DNA of 64,000 nucleotides, taken from NCBI GenBank assembly GCA_965217865.1, contig CBDCJO010000002.1, forward strand, positions 2,656,001 through 2,720,000, given 5' to 3'. The first letter of the stretch is position 1. Each line of letters starts with the position of its first letter. The translations under genes were made by a program, and so were the position numbers. Shown here in pieces: positions 19,950-30,017 of this stretch. The notes beneath the pieces were generated by a model. That model was not told where the DNA came from. It ran no database searches and saw only the letters and a program-made list of their open reading frames with translations. This DNA is from Candidatus Latescibacterota bacterium. Lineage in GTDB: Bacteria; Latescibacterota; UBA2968; SICM01.

Positions 19950-21347
19950 ATGGTCCCTCCAAAATTGCCCCGAATTCCTGAGATCCCTTTGGACTCCAGT
20001 AAGGCCATAAAAAAAGTCCTTGTCGCCAACCGGGGCGAGATCGCCCTGCGTATCATAAGGACATGTAAAGAGCTGGGGCTCCAGACCGTAGCCGTCCACT
20101 CCGAAGCTGATGTCAATTCGCTCCACGTCCGATTCGCCGATGAAGATGTTTGCATCGGCCCTTCAAGTCCCGCTCAGAGTTATCTGAACATCTCCCGGAT
20201 CATCAGCGCAGCCGAGGTCACAAACGCGGACGCGATTCACCCCGGCTACGGCTTCCTCGCCGAGAATCCCGATTTCGCAGAGATATGTGAATCGTGTGGG
20301 ATCCGGTTTATCGGTCCCAGTGCCCAGACGATCCGGCAGATGGGCGACAAGGCATACGCACGGAAGGTGATGGAAGAGGCCGGTGTCCCCGTCATTTCCG
20401 GCACTGGAATTTTAGAGGACGGAGGTGCTGCACGTGAGGCTGCGGATCGCATCGGATATCCTGTCATTTTAAAGGCTGTTTTCGGCGGAGGAGGCCGGGG
20501 ACTCCGGATTATCAGAGAAGGGCAGGATAGTGAACGGGTCTGGCAGATTGCGGTTTCGGAAGCGGAATCTGCTTTCGGATCGGGCGCCGTCTACATGGAA
20601 CGCTACATCGAACAACCCAGACATATCGAGGTTCAGGTGCTGGGCGACCATTTCGGCAACCTGGTCCACATCGGTGAACGAGATTGTTCCGTCCAGAGAA
20701 GGCACCAGAAACTCATCGAAGTTTCGCCTTCTTCGGCCGTGAGCGAAAGTCTAAGGAACCGGATGGGAGAGGCGGCTTTACTGGGAATGCGGAAGGTGGG
20801 TTATCGAAACGCCGGCACCGTCGAGTTCCTGCTGGACGAGAGCGAACGGTTCTATTTCATGGAAACGAACACCCGGATCCAGGTAGAGCACCCGGTCACG
20901 GAGATGGTCACCGGCTTAGATCTGATCAAACTACAGATTCGAATCGCCGCAGGAGAACCGATCGGCCTGCGCCAGGAGGACCTGTCGCATTCCGGGTGCG
21001 CGATCGAGTGTAGAATCAACGCCGAGGATCCCAACCGTAATTTCCTCCCAGCGCCCGGTACCATCACCAGTGTTCACGTACCTGGAGGCCCTGAAGTGCG
21101 GGTGGATACCCACATCTACGCCGGTTATCGGGTCCCCTCTCAATACGACTCCCTCCTGGCCAAGTTGATCGTTCACGGAAGAGATCGCCAGGAGGCCATA
21201 AGCCGGATGGATCGATCCCTGGGGGAGTTCGTCATCGAAGGGATTCCGACCACGATCCCCTTTCATCAGGCTGTCATGAGACATCCTGATTTTATCCGGG
21301 GGGTGGTCCATTTGGGCTTCGTGGAGCGTCTGGGTTTCTCAGGTTAA
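19950..21347 (+). CDS. accC: Biotin carboxylase
   Basis: [28 protein letters not shown] and NTRIQVEH. Confidence 0.97.
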   Translation: MVPPKLPRIPEIPLDSSKAIKKVLVANRGEIALRIIRTCKELGLQTVAVHSEADVNSLHVRFADEDVCIGPSSPAQSYLNISRIISAAEVTNADAIHPGYGFLAENPDFAEICESCGIRFIGPSAQTIRQMGDKAYARKVMEEAGVPVISGTGILEDGGAAREAADRIGYPVILKAVFGGGGRGLRIIREGQDSERVWQIAVSEAESAFGSGAVYMERYIEQPRHIEVQVLGDHFGNLVHIGERDCSVQRRHQKLIEVSPSSAVSESLRNRMGEAALLGMRKVGYRNAGTVEFLLDESERFYFMETNTRIQVEHPVTEMVTGLDLIKLQIRIAAGEPIGLRQEDLSHSGCAIECRINAEDPNRNFLPAPGTITSVHVPGGPEVRVDTHIYAGYRVPSQYDSLLAKLIVHGRDRQEAISRMDRSLGEFVIEGIPTTIPFHQAVMRHPDFIRGVVHLGFVERLGFSG

Positions 21348-21397
21348 TGGCCCGGAGGAATCGCCCCCGTCGTGCATTCGCGCCGAAAGGATCACGA

Positions 21398-21784
21398 ATG
21401 GCAAAAGTTCCGAAGGAATTGCTGTACACCGAACAACACGAATGGCTCTTGATGGAAGACGACCTGGGATCCGTGGGGATTACCGATTACGCTCAAACCG
21501 AATTGGGTGACATCGTATTTGTTGAACTTCCCCAGATCGGAGATCGCTTCGAAAAGGAGCAGCCCTTCGGAGCCGTGGAAGCGGTTAAGACCGTCGCGGA
21601 TCTGTTCGCCCCGGTTTCCGGAGAGATCGTTGAGGTTAATGAATCTTTGGAAGCGGATGCCGCTCAGGTGAATCAGGACCCCTACATCTCTGGATGGATG
21701 ATCAGGATGAGACTGGACAACCCTGAAGAGGTCAATGAGATGATGACTCCGGGGGAATATGAAGAGATGATCAAGGGCTTGTGA
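21398..21784 (+). CDS. gcvH: Glycine cleavage system H protein
   Basis: HEW, GITDYAQTELGDIVFV and the EAVK lipoyl site. Confidence 0.96.
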   Translation: MAKVPKELLYTEQHEWLLMEDDLGSVGITDYAQTELGDIVFVELPQIGDRFEKEQPFGAVEAVKTVADLFAPVSGEIVEVNESLEADAAQVNQDPYISGWMIRMRLDNPEEVNEMMTPGEYEEMIKGL

Positions 21785-21811
21785 AGGGCCACCCTGCGGG
21801 GCAAAAAGACC

Positions 21812-21840
21812 TTGACATAGGCCGTGGTTCCTCGTAATAT
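21812..21840 (+). promoter_or_regulatory. Putative sigma70 promoter
   Basis: TTGACA-17bp-TAATAT upstream of the HNH gene. Confidence 0.55.
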
Positions 21841-21929
21841 TCAAGAATTATAACACATAAATACAATCGTTTAACCCTAATTCCAGATTTCGAGCGCCGG
21901 ACAGGCAGTCAGAACTGTTTGGATGGAGG

Positions 21930-22442
21930 TTGGACACATTGCTTTCAAAGCAGGTTTTAGTCCTCAACCAGAGCTACGAACCGATTAATATCTGCAGTGT
22001 CCGCAGAGCGATTATTCTGGTCTTTCGAGGAAAGGCACAGATCGTGGAGAAGTCCGCCCAGGAACTCCACTCCGTAAGGAACCGATATCCGGTCCCCAGT
22101 GTCGTCAGGCTGTTCCTCTACATTCGCATCCCACATAAACAGATGGTACTTTCCAAGCGGAACATCGTGAAGCGAGATGGGCACCAGTGCCAATACTGCG
22201 GTTCTAGACACGGAACGATGACCGTGGATCACATCGTGCCCAGGACCCTGGGCGGAGGGGAAACCTGGGAAAATCTCGTATGTGCCTGTGCAAGATGCAA
22301 CAACGTAAAAGGAAACCGTTCCTTTGAACAGGCCGAGATGAATCTTATCAGAAGGCCACATCGGCCGAATCACGTGACCTTCATCAGAATTATGGTAGGC
22401 GTCCCGGATCAGCGCTGGAAACCATATCTTTTCATGGATTGA
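21930..22442 (+). CDS. HNH endonuclease (McrA-like, COG1403 type)
   Basis: VLVLNQSYEP, RDGHQCQYCG, TVDHIVP and NLVCACARCNNVKG. Confidence 0.92.
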   Translation: MDTLLSKQVLVLNQSYEPINICSVRRAIILVFRGKAQIVEKSAQELHSVRNRYPVPSVVRLFLYIRIPHKQMVLSKRNIVKRDGHQCQYCGSRHGTMTVDHIVPRTLGGGETWENLVCACARCNNVKGNRSFEQAEMNLIRRPHRPNHVTFIRIMVGVPDQRWKPYLFMD

Positions 22443-22499
22443 AGGGCAAATATAGCACGATCCTGACTTCCTTTTCACGTTTCACGTCTCACGGTTTTT

Positions 22500-23318
22500 A
22501 TGATCGGACCGATCTCATTCCAGATAAATCCGGATACGGAGCCCTACGGTGTCCGCCTCTCGGTTTTCGAAGGTCCTTTGGATCTGCTCCTGTATCTGAT
22601 CCGAAGAAATGAGGTGGATATCTACGACATCCCGGTATCGGAGGTCACAAAACAGTATATCGAATACGTCGAGGTAATCCGGGATCTGAACCTCGAACAG
22701 GCCGGAGATTTCCTCCTGATGGCCGCAACGCTCATGAAGATCAAGTCCCAGATGTTGCTCCCCCGCCAGGAAGGCGAGGAAGAAGGGGAAGACCCCCGGG
22801 AAGAGCTCGTCCGTCGATTATTGGAGTACCGCCAGTGCAAGGAGGGGGCCGCGTGGCTTTACCGCCAGGAGGAATCTCACCGGGACGTCTATTACCGCGG
22901 CAAATTTGAAGACCCCATCTGGTCCGAACGCGGAACCCAGGACTCGAACGGCCTCTATAAGGTGACCCTGTTCGATCTATTGTCCGCCTTCAAAAACGCG
23001 CTGGATCACGTTCCAGCCGAACAATACCATCGCGTCGAGGAAATAGAGGTCTCCGTCGAGGAGCGCATCGTCTTTGTGGTAGAGGTCCTGGAGCGCAGAA
23101 AGCAGGTTCTGTTTCGGGATCTCGTCGCCGGAATACCCCGGACGGTGATGGTGGTGACCTTCCTGGCTTTGCTTGAGCTTCTCAAACGTCAGCGTATCAG
23201 TGCCCGTCAACAAGATCCTTATTCTGAGATATGGATCTACTGGAAGGAAGAACAGGCGGACGAAGCCTCGACAACCATCGATGAGGGGATGGATGATACG
23301 GATTCAACATCATCTTAA
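22500..23318 (+). CDS. scpA: Segregation and condensation protein A
   Basis: FEGPLDLLLYLI, EDPREELVRRLLEY and VTFLALLEL. Confidence 0.95.
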   Translation: MIGPISFQINPDTEPYGVRLSVFEGPLDLLLYLIRRNEVDIYDIPVSEVTKQYIEYVEVIRDLNLEQAGDFLLMAATLMKIKSQMLLPRQEGEEEGEDPREELVRRLLEYRQCKEGAAWLYRQEESHRDVYYRGKFEDPIWSERGTQDSNGLYKVTLFDLLSAFKNALDHVPAEQYHRVEEIEVSVEERIVFVVEVLERRKQVLFRDLVAGIPRTVMVVTFLALLELLKRQRISARQQDPYSEIWIYWKEEQADEASTTIDEGMDDTDSTSS

Positions 23319-23345
23319 TGTCCTTCGATACTGTGGATCGACCGA

Positions 23346-24188
23346 ATGACACCCGAACCCGGTGCTGCGAATGAGCGAGAGGAAACCGGTCCCGATGACC
23401 CACGACCAAAATCTCCGGAGGATGTCGACGGCCTGATAGGGGGAACACAACAGGTGGAATCCACGACCGGCCCGGACCATGCGGTGACGTTCGCCGATCG
23501 GGATCACCTTCACAATCGGTCAATCCTGGAAGCCCTCTTGATGGCTTCCGACGCTCCTTTGCAAATCGGCCGCATCCTCCCCGTTCTTGAAGATGCCGGA
23601 CCACGAGACGTTCGCGTATACGTCGATGAGCTTAACGCGGAATATGAAAATTCGGACAGGTCCTTCAGGATTACTGAGGTGGCCGGCGGGTTTCAGTTTG
23701 CGGTGGAAACGCGCTTCGCGCCGTTTGTCAGAAGGTTGTATGGGAACCGGTTGCCCGTCCGATTGTCTCAAGCAGCCATGGAGACGCTGTCGATTATCGG
23801 CTTCAAACAGCCGATCACCAGGACTGAGATCGAAGCCATCCGGGGTGTGAGCGTCGACTGGGTCATAAAAAGGTTGTGGGAGAACAACCTGATTCGGATC
23901 TCCGGGAGGGCTGAAGGGGTCGGCCGACCCCTCCTCTACGGGACGACACGAGAGTTTCTTCAGCATTTCGGTCTGCGCACCTTAGCCGACCTGCCGAAAA
24001 TGGGAGAATTGGAGGAACTGCTCAAGGATCGAGAAGGAGAATCGAACCTCGCGGAAAGAACGGCTGAACCGATTCCTGGCCCGAGCGGGGGTGGCCTCGA
24101 GACGGAAGAGCGATCGACTGATCCTGGAGGGGAGGGTAACGGTGAATGGGGCGGAGATGACGGCCCTGGGGAAGGAGATCGATCCTGA
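23346..24188 (+). CDS. scpB: Segregation and condensation protein B
   Basis: LEALL, LSQAAMETLSII, EIEAIRGV and GRPLLYGTT. Confidence 0.93.
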   Translation: MTPEPGAANEREETGPDDPRPKSPEDVDGLIGGTQQVESTTGPDHAVTFADRDHLHNRSILEALLMASDAPLQIGRILPVLEDAGPRDVRVYVDELNAEYENSDRSFRITEVAGGFQFAVETRFAPFVRRLYGNRLPVRLSQAAMETLSIIGFKQPITRTEIEAIRGVSVDWVIKRLWENNLIRISGRAEGVGRPLLYGTTREFLQHFGLRTLADLPKMGELEELLKDREGESNLAERTAEPIPGPSGGGLETEERSTDPGGEGNGEWGGDDGPGEGDRS

Positions 24189-24783
24189 TTCCGACCGTGT
24201 CCTCCTCGACGGAAAACCCGTCCATCCTAGATCCGGCTTTGTCTACATCCTGCTGAACAAACCGCCCGGCTATCTGGTATCCTTGGACGATCCACATCAT
24301 ACTTCGACGGTGTTCGACCTGCTGGGCGGGGTGGATCGGCGGGTATTCCCCGTGGGCCGACTCGATTTGGATACATCGGGTGTCCTGCTCTTCACCGATG
24401 ACGGTGAGCTCACCTTTCGGCTTTGTCACCCGAGTTTCGGGGTGGAGAAGACATACCTCGCCCGCGTAGAGGGAATTCCTGATTCGGAAACCATCCGGGC
24501 GCTCTCGGAGGGAATCGAACTCGGTGGTCGCACCACCGCCACCGCCCGTGTACATATCGGGGACGTCGACTCAGAGGGAGCCCTCCTCAGCCTCACTCTT
24601 CACGAAGGCCGAAAGCGACAGATTAAGCGGATGTGTAAAAGCGTGGGGCATCCGGTGAGATCTTTGGAGCGGACCGATTTTGGAAGTCTGACCGCAAAGG
24701 GGCTCGAACCGGGGGAGTGGCGCTACCTTTCCCTTCGAGAAATTAAAAGCCTTAAACAATTGGTCGAACTTATAGAACCCTGA
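24064..24783 (+). CDS. rluB: 23S rRNA pseudouridine synthase, RsuA/RluB family
   Basis: S4 domain (RLNRFLARAGVASRR), LNKPPG, VGRLDLDTSG and EGRKRQIKRM. Start uncertain (CTG 24064 or GTG 24091). Confidence 0.88.
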   Translation: MNRFLARAGVASRRKSDRLILEGRVTVNGAEMTALGKEIDPDSDRVLLDGKPVHPRSGFVYILLNKPPGYLVSLDDPHHTSTVFDLLGGVDRRVFPVGRLDLDTSGVLLFTDDGELTFRLCHPSFGVEKTYLARVEGIPDSETIRALSEGIELGGRTTATARVHIGDVDSEGALLSLTLHEGRKRQIKRMCKSVGHPVRSLERTDFGSLTAKGLEPGEWRYLSLREIKSLKQLVELIEP

Positions 24784-24802
24784 CCATCACGCGGAAATTA
24801 AA

Positions 24803-25498
24803 ATGATCACCATCGCGATCGACGGCCCCGTGGCATCCGGGAAGAGCACCACGGCAAGGCTGTTGGCCCGAAAATTGGGATACCTTTACATCGACAGCGG
24901 AGCGATGTACCGCGCCGTTGCCCTCCAAGCCTTGCGTTCTGGTGTCGACCTGGATGACGGCGATGCGGTGAGTGAAATCAGTGCTGAAATCAAAATTGAT
25001 TTTTACGAAAAGTATAGCGAACAACGGATCCTTTTGAATGCAAACGACGTGACAGAGGCCATTCGGTCCCCCGAGGTCACACAGGCCTCCTCCCGCATCG
25101 CAGCCTTGAAAGGGGTTCGGGGTGTTCTGATCTCCCGGCAGAGGGACTTGGGCTCAAATGGCGGGGTGGTGATGGACGGCCGGGATATCGGAACGGTCGT
25201 TTTTCCCCAGGCCGAATTGAAGATCTATCTGGTTGCGAGACCGGAGATGCGGGCTCGGCGGCGGTATCAGGAGTTGCGAACGAAGGGACTGGATGTAGAT
25301 CTTCAACAGACAGAAAGGCAAATTCGCGAACGGGATACCTTCGATTCGGAAACCCAGGTCAGCCAGAACGGCGCCGTCCGGGCTCCGAACGCGATCGTAA
25401 TCGATACCACAAACCTCTCGATTCAGGAACAGGTCAATACAGTCCTTTCCCTCGCCCTGGATCGAGGCGCTTACGTGCCGGACTTTGCACAGGTGTAA
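24803..25498 (+). CDS. cmk: Cytidylate kinase
   Basis: IAIDGPVASGKST, DSGAMYRA and MDGRDIGTVVFP. Confidence 0.96.
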   Translation: MITIAIDGPVASGKSTTARLLARKLGYLYIDSGAMYRAVALQALRSGVDLDDGDAVSEISAEIKIDFYEKYSEQRILLNANDVTEAIRSPEVTQASSRIAALKGVRGVLISRQRDLGSNGGVVMDGRDIGTVVFPQAELKIYLVARPEMRARRRYQELRTKGLDVDLQQTERQIRERDTFDSETQVSQNGAVRAPNAIVIDTTNLSIQEQVNTVLSLALDRGAYVPDFAQV

Positions 25499-25503
25499 TC
25501 GGC

Positions 25504-26121
25504 TTGATGTTCTACAGGGCCTGTTGGTGGATAGCCCTTTTACTCTGTAAGATTCTTTTTGGGCTCAAGGTCACGGGTGCCGGAAGAATTCCCGAGACTG
25601 GCGGAGTGATCTTGGCGAGCAACCATTGCAGTTATGCCGATCCCGTGTTCATCGGAGTCTCCACCCGGCGGGTTCTCCATTTTCTTGCCAAACAAGAAGC
25701 CTTCGGGTGGTTCTTCATCGGTCTTCTGATTCGAAGTTTAAACGCTTTCCCCATCAAGCGCGGCCTGGTGGACCTCAAAGCATTATCGGACGTGGAAGAG
25801 GTTTTGAGGGAAGAAGAAGCGGTCCTTTTGTTTCCGGAAGGAACCCGGAGCAAGGATGGGCGGTTGGGAAAGGCCAGACCCGGTGTCGGACTGTTGGGGT
25901 CCCGCACCGGCGTACCGGTCATTCCACTTTACATATCCGGTACAGCCCGTATTTTTCGTTCCCTGTTCGGACGGGTCGGGGTCCATTTTGGGAATCCCGT
26001 TTATCCCCGGGAATTTATCATACCGGACAACCGTAAAGAGACCTATCATAAAATAACGCAGGAAGTCATGAGGAGAATCGAAGAGATCAAAAAATCCGAG
26101 TGTCCCGACGGTTCGGGTTAG
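25504..26121 (+). CDS. plsC: 1-acyl-sn-glycerol-3-phosphate acyltransferase
   Basis: NHCSYAD (HX4D) and FPEGTRS. Confidence 0.9.
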   Translation: MMFYRACWWIALLLCKILFGLKVTGAGRIPETGGVILASNHCSYADPVFIGVSTRRVLHFLAKQEAFGWFFIGLLIRSLNAFPIKRGLVDLKALSDVEEVLREEEAVLLFPEGTRSKDGRLGKARPGVGLLGSRTGVPVIPLYISGTARIFRSLFGRVGVHFGNPVYPREFIIPDNRKETYHKITQEVMRRIEEIKKSECPDGSG

Positions 26122-26219
26122 CGATTTCCCACATCGGCCGGCAGGTCGAACTGAAAGTGATTTTGCCGGCGTTTCCGACCTTGTACTGGTCGCACGAGCA
26201 GTCGCTTAAAGGAGAGGTC

Positions 26220-28538
26220 ATGCAGGAAGAACAGGACATAACGCAACCCGCCGAGACACCCCTTCAACCGGAGACCCCGGTCGGAGTTGAAGGCCCGGCG
26301 GTATCGAGTGCTGAAGCCCAGACGGAATCTTCCGAGAGTCAGCCACCGGTCGATCCGTTTGAGGAGTATGAGAAAAAGGAATATTCGGATGAAGAGTTCG
26401 CCTCGATGATGAGTCTCTACGATGGGACTCTCCGGAACATCGAGGAGGGAGAAATCGTAACGGGTCGGGTGCTTTCCATCGCCGACAACATTGTCGTCGT
26501 GGACATCGGATTCAAGTCTGAAGGTTCCATCTCCCTATCGGAATTTGGAAATCCTCCGGAGGTCGCCGTTGGCGATGAAGTGGAAGTCTACCTGGAGAAT
26601 GTTGAGGACCAAGAAGGCCAGATCGTCCTCTCCAAACAAAAGGCGGACTTCATGCGGGTTTGGGACCGGATAAAGGAGTCCTACGACAAACAAGAGATCG
26701 TCGAGGGACAGCTGATTCGACGGATCAAGGGAGGCATCGTTGTCGATCTCTTCGGAGTGGACGCCTTCTTGCCTGGTTCTCAAATCGATATCAAACAGGT
26801 GAAAAACTTCGACCAGTTCATCGGGCAGGCCTTCTCCTTCAAAATCATCAAACTGAACAAGAGCCGACGGAACATCGTGGTTTCCCGCCGAATCGTCCTC
26901 GAAGAGGAACGGGAGCGGATGCGTAAGGATATCGTGAAGCTTCTGGAGGTGGGTCAGGTTCGGGAGGGAAGCGTCAAGAACATCACCGATTTTGGGGCTT
27001 TTATCGATCTTGGGGGGGTGGATGGTCTTCTTCACATAACCGACATGTCCTGGGGCAGGGTGGGACATCCCTCTCAGGTCCTGAATATCGGAGACACCGT
27101 AAACGTCAAGATCCTCAACTACGATCGCGAGAAGGAGCGCATCTCCCTGGGCCTCAAACAACTCTCGCCTCATCCCTGGGAGAACATCGAAGAGAATTTC
27201 CCCGTCAACTCCCGTGTGCAGGGGAAGGTCGTCAGCATCACCGACTATGGAGCCTTCGTCGAACTGGAATCCGGAGTCGAGGGATTGGTCCACATATCGG
27301 AGATGTCATGGACGCAGCACGTCCGACACCCGTCAAAAATAGTCAGCGTTGGCGATACCATCGAAGTGATGGTTCTGAAAGTCGATAAGGAAGGCCAGAA
27401 GATCTCCTTGGGCCTAAAACAGGTTGCCCCAGATCCATGGCTCACCCTTGACGATCAGTATCCGCCCGGGACAAGGCTTCAGGGGAAGGTCCGCAATCTG
27501 ACGAACTTCGGTGCCTTCGTTGAGATCGAGGAAGGAATCGACGGTCTGATTCATATTTCGGATATGTCCTGGACCAAACGTATTCGGCATCCCTCCGAAG
27601 TCTCCAAAAAGGGTCAGTCTGTCGACGTGGTTGTCTTGAGCGTGGATAAGAAACGCCGCCGCATCTCGCTCGGCCTCAAACAGACGATGGAAAATCCCTG
27701 GCCCATTCTTTCCCAGCGTTACGCCCCTGGAACCGAGACAAGGGGGAGGATCTCCCGTATCCTCGAAAGAGGCGTGGTGGTCGATCTTGAGGGCGACGTT
27801 GAAGGTTTTGTGCCCGCATCCCAGCTCAACATCCCCAACCTGAAAAAACCCGCAGAACATTTCAGTGAAGAGGAGACCATCCCTGTCAAGGTGGTGTCCT
27901 TCGACGAGATCAATAAAAAGATCGTCCTGAGTGTCCGGGAGTACATGAGGGGGAAGGAAGAAGAAGATCTGGAGGCCTATCTCTTGAGCCACGAACCACG
28001 ACCGGTTACACTCGGCGACGTGGTTGGGGATCAGGTCCAGGAGGTTTCATCTGAATCGCAAACAGAAGAATCGGACAAACCCCCTGAGCCGCCATCAACG
28101 GACGCACCGGTTGGGGAACCCGTCCAGGAAAGCGGGGAGGCCCCAGAGGCCTCCGAATCGCAAACAGAAGAATCGGACAAACCCCCTGAGCCGCCATCAA
28201 CGGACACACCGGTTGGGGAACCCGTCCAGGAAAGCGGGGAGGCCCCAGAGGCTTCTGAATCGCAAACAGAAGAATCGGACGAACCCCCTGAGTCGCCATC
28301 AACGGACACACCGGTTGGGGAACCCGTCCAGGAAAGCGGGGAGGCCCCAGAGGCCTCCGAATCGCAAACAGAAGAATCGGACAAACCCCCTGAGCCGCCA
28401 TCAACGGACACACCGGTTGGGGAACCCGTCCAGGAAAGCGGGGAGGCCCCAGAGGCCTCCGAATCGCAAACAGAAGAATCGGACAAACCCCCTGAGCCGC
28501 CATCCACACGGGAGCCACAGGGCGACCCTGAGCCGTAG
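26220..28538 (+). CDS. rpsA: 30S ribosomal protein S1 with a repeat-expanded acidic C-terminal tail
   Basis: Six S1 domains (FGAFIDLGGVDGLLHI and others); AAGGAG RBS before ATG 26220. Confidence 0.97.
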   Translation: MQEEQDITQPAETPLQPETPVGVEGPAVSSAEAQTESSESQPPVDPFEEYEKKEYSDEEFASMMSLYDGTLRNIEEGEIVTGRVLSIADNIVVVDIGFKSEGSISLSEFGNPPEVAVGDEVEVYLENVEDQEGQIVLSKQKADFMRVWDRIKESYDKQEIVEGQLIRRIKGGIVVDLFGVDAFLPGSQIDIKQVKNFDQFIGQAFSFKIIKLNKSRRNIVVSRRIVLEEERERMRKDIVKLLEVGQVREGSVKNITDFGAFIDLGGVDGLLHITDMSWGRVGHPSQVLNIGDTVNVKILNYDREKERISLGLKQLSPHPWENIEENFPVNSRVQGKVVSITDYGAFVELESGVEGLVHISEMSWTQHVRHPSKIVSVGDTIEVMVLKVDKEGQKISLGLKQVAPDPWLTLDDQYPPGTRLQGKVRNLTNFGAFVEIEEGIDGLIHISDMSWTKRIRHPSEVSKKGQSVDVVVLSVDKKRRRISLGLKQTMENPWPILSQRYAPGTETRGRISRILERGVVVDLEGDVEGFVPASQLNIPNLKKPAEHFSEEETIPVKVVSFDEINKKIVLSVREYMRGKEEEDLEAYLLSHEPRPVTLGDVVGDQVQEVSSESQTEESDKPPEPPSTDAPVGEPVQESGEAPEASESQTEESDKPPEPPSTDTPVGEPVQESGEAPEASESQTEESDEPPESPSTDTPVGEPVQESGEAPEASESQTEESDKPPEPPSTDTPVGEPVQESGEAPEASESQTEESDKPPEPPSTREPQGDPEP
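28050..28505 (+). repeat. 102-bp in-frame tandem repeat, about 4.5 copies
   Basis: Units start at 28050, 28152, 28254, 28356 and 28458; each encodes SESQTEESDKPPEPPSTDTPVGEPVQESGEAPEA or a close variant. Confidence 0.97.
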
Positions 28539-28661
28539 AATTCGCCCGTCAGGTATACCGAAAGATGCTCCATGCAAAGAGTTGAGGAGTCCCGATTTCT
28601 CAACTCTTTGTCATTTTTTCACCTTTGTTCCTCTCTTTTTTTCTTCTGGAAGAGGTCTCCT

Positions 28662-30014
28662 TTGTCTGAGGATCGATTTGTCTCCTTCTACACGCTCGGC
28701 TGCAAGCTGAACACCTACGATGCGGAATGGTACCGCGAACAGTTTCTGGGGTCGGGTTACCGGGACGTGCCGTTCGGGGAACCGGCGGACGTTATCGTCG
28801 TGAACACCTGTACCGTGACCGGGCAGGCCGATGCGCAGTCCCGGAAAGCCCTTCGCAAAGCCCGGCGGGTTTCGCCGGGAGGGACGGTCGTGGCCGTCGG
28901 CTGTTATGCACAGACCGATCCGGAGACCCTTGCGGCTATGCATGAGGTGGACCTGGTGGTGGGGATGGACGCCCGGGTGAACCTGCTGGACCTGATTAAC
29001 AACACCTGCTCGATCGGAAAAAGCCACGTCGAACGGCGGCGGGCGAAAGATTTTCATGAGATGGACATCCTGGGATTTGGTTCCCGTACAAGGGCCTTCG
29101 TAAAGGTACAGGAAGGTTGCGACCAGTTCTGTTCCTTCTGCATCATCCCCTTCGCTCGGGGTCGAAGCCGGAGCCGATCCGTCGTCAACACGATTGAACA
29201 GGTCATCAGGCTTGTCGAGGCGGGATATCCGGAGGTGGTGCTCACAGGCGTCCACATCGGGGACTATCGTTCGGATCAGACCGAACTCCTGGATCTGCTC
29301 AAGGCCGTCGATGGGGTCGAAGGGCTCATCCGGTTCCGCGTCAGCTCCATCGAAGCCACCTTCATCTCAGACGAGATGATCGATTTCCTCTCCCGATCGC
29401 AAAAGTTCTGCAGGCACCTTCACGTACCCCTCCAGAGCGGGGATGACCGCGTGTTAAAGGCGATGCGGCGGCCCTATACCGCTTCGCAATACCGCGACCT
29501 GATCCTGAAACTGAATGATTCGATCCCCGGCATCGGTCTGGGGGCGGATGTCATGGTGGGATTCCCCGGGGAAGATGACGAGGCATTTCTAAATACCTTC
29601 AGATTGATCGAAGAGATCCCCCTGGTCCATCTCCATGTCTTCCCATACTCATCCCGAAGCGGGACCCCTGCCAAAAAGATGCCACATCAACTGGAACCGA
29701 AGGTCAAGGCGGTCCGGGCCGCCCGACTTCGTGCCCTGGGTGATCGGAAGTCGGATGAATATCGCCGTAGAGCCGTTGGGAAGAGGTTCGATGTCCTTTT
29801 TGAGGGGAAGCGGGACCCGAAGACGGGCTGGTTGAACGGCCTGACGGACAATTATATCCGCGTCTATGCACCGGGTCCCGATTCCGTCATGAACCGGATG
29901 GTTGAGACAACCATCCGGCGTGTCGAGGGGAGCCGGGCCATCGGAACCCTGTTGAAAATTCCGGAACCGGAATCACCCGGGCGGTTGATGGAGTTGCCGA
30001 TTTTATCTGAATAG
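28662..30014 (+). CDS. mtaB: tRNA t6A37 methylthiotransferase (radical SAM)
   Basis: TLGCKLN, NTCTVT, CDQFCSFC, HVFPYSSRSGT and GLTDNY. Confidence 0.9.
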   Translation: MSEDRFVSFYTLGCKLNTYDAEWYREQFLGSGYRDVPFGEPADVIVVNTCTVTGQADAQSRKALRKARRVSPGGTVVAVGCYAQTDPETLAAMHEVDLVVGMDARVNLLDLINNTCSIGKSHVERRRAKDFHEMDILGFGSRTRAFVKVQEGCDQFCSFCIIPFARGRSRSRSVVNTIEQVIRLVEAGYPEVVLTGVHIGDYRSDQTELLDLLKAVDGVEGLIRFRVSSIEATFISDEMIDFLSRSQKFCRHLHVPLQSGDDRVLKAMRRPYTASQYRDLILKLNDSIPGIGLGADVMVGFPGEDDEAFLNTFRLIEEIPLVHLHVFPYSSRSGTPAKKMPHQLEPKVKAVRAARLRALGDRKSDEYRRRAVGKRFDVLFEGKRDPKTGWLNGLTDNYIRVYAPGPDSVMNRMVETTIRRVEGSRAIGTLLKIPEPESPGRLMELPILSE

Positions 30015-30017
30015 ACG

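Noticed and set aside
18899-21784. gcvH in the efp-accB-accC operon without gcvT/gcvP
   Set aside because: Dispersed gcv genes are common, and GcvH also serves as a lipoyl relay.
21930-22442. HNH nuclease next to scpAB as a Wadjet/SMC-type defence system
   Set aside because: It is a common stand-alone HNH type, scpAB sit in their usual rluB-cmk housekeeping context, and there are no jetABCD-like genes.
28050-28505. Regular repeat array as a possible CRISPR
   Set aside because: The units are contiguous 102-bp in-frame repeats inside rpsA with no unique spacers, and there are no cas genes.
28006-28710. Alternative-frame repeat ORFs over the rpsA tail
   Set aside because: They are by-products of a stop-free repeat whose length is a multiple of 3.
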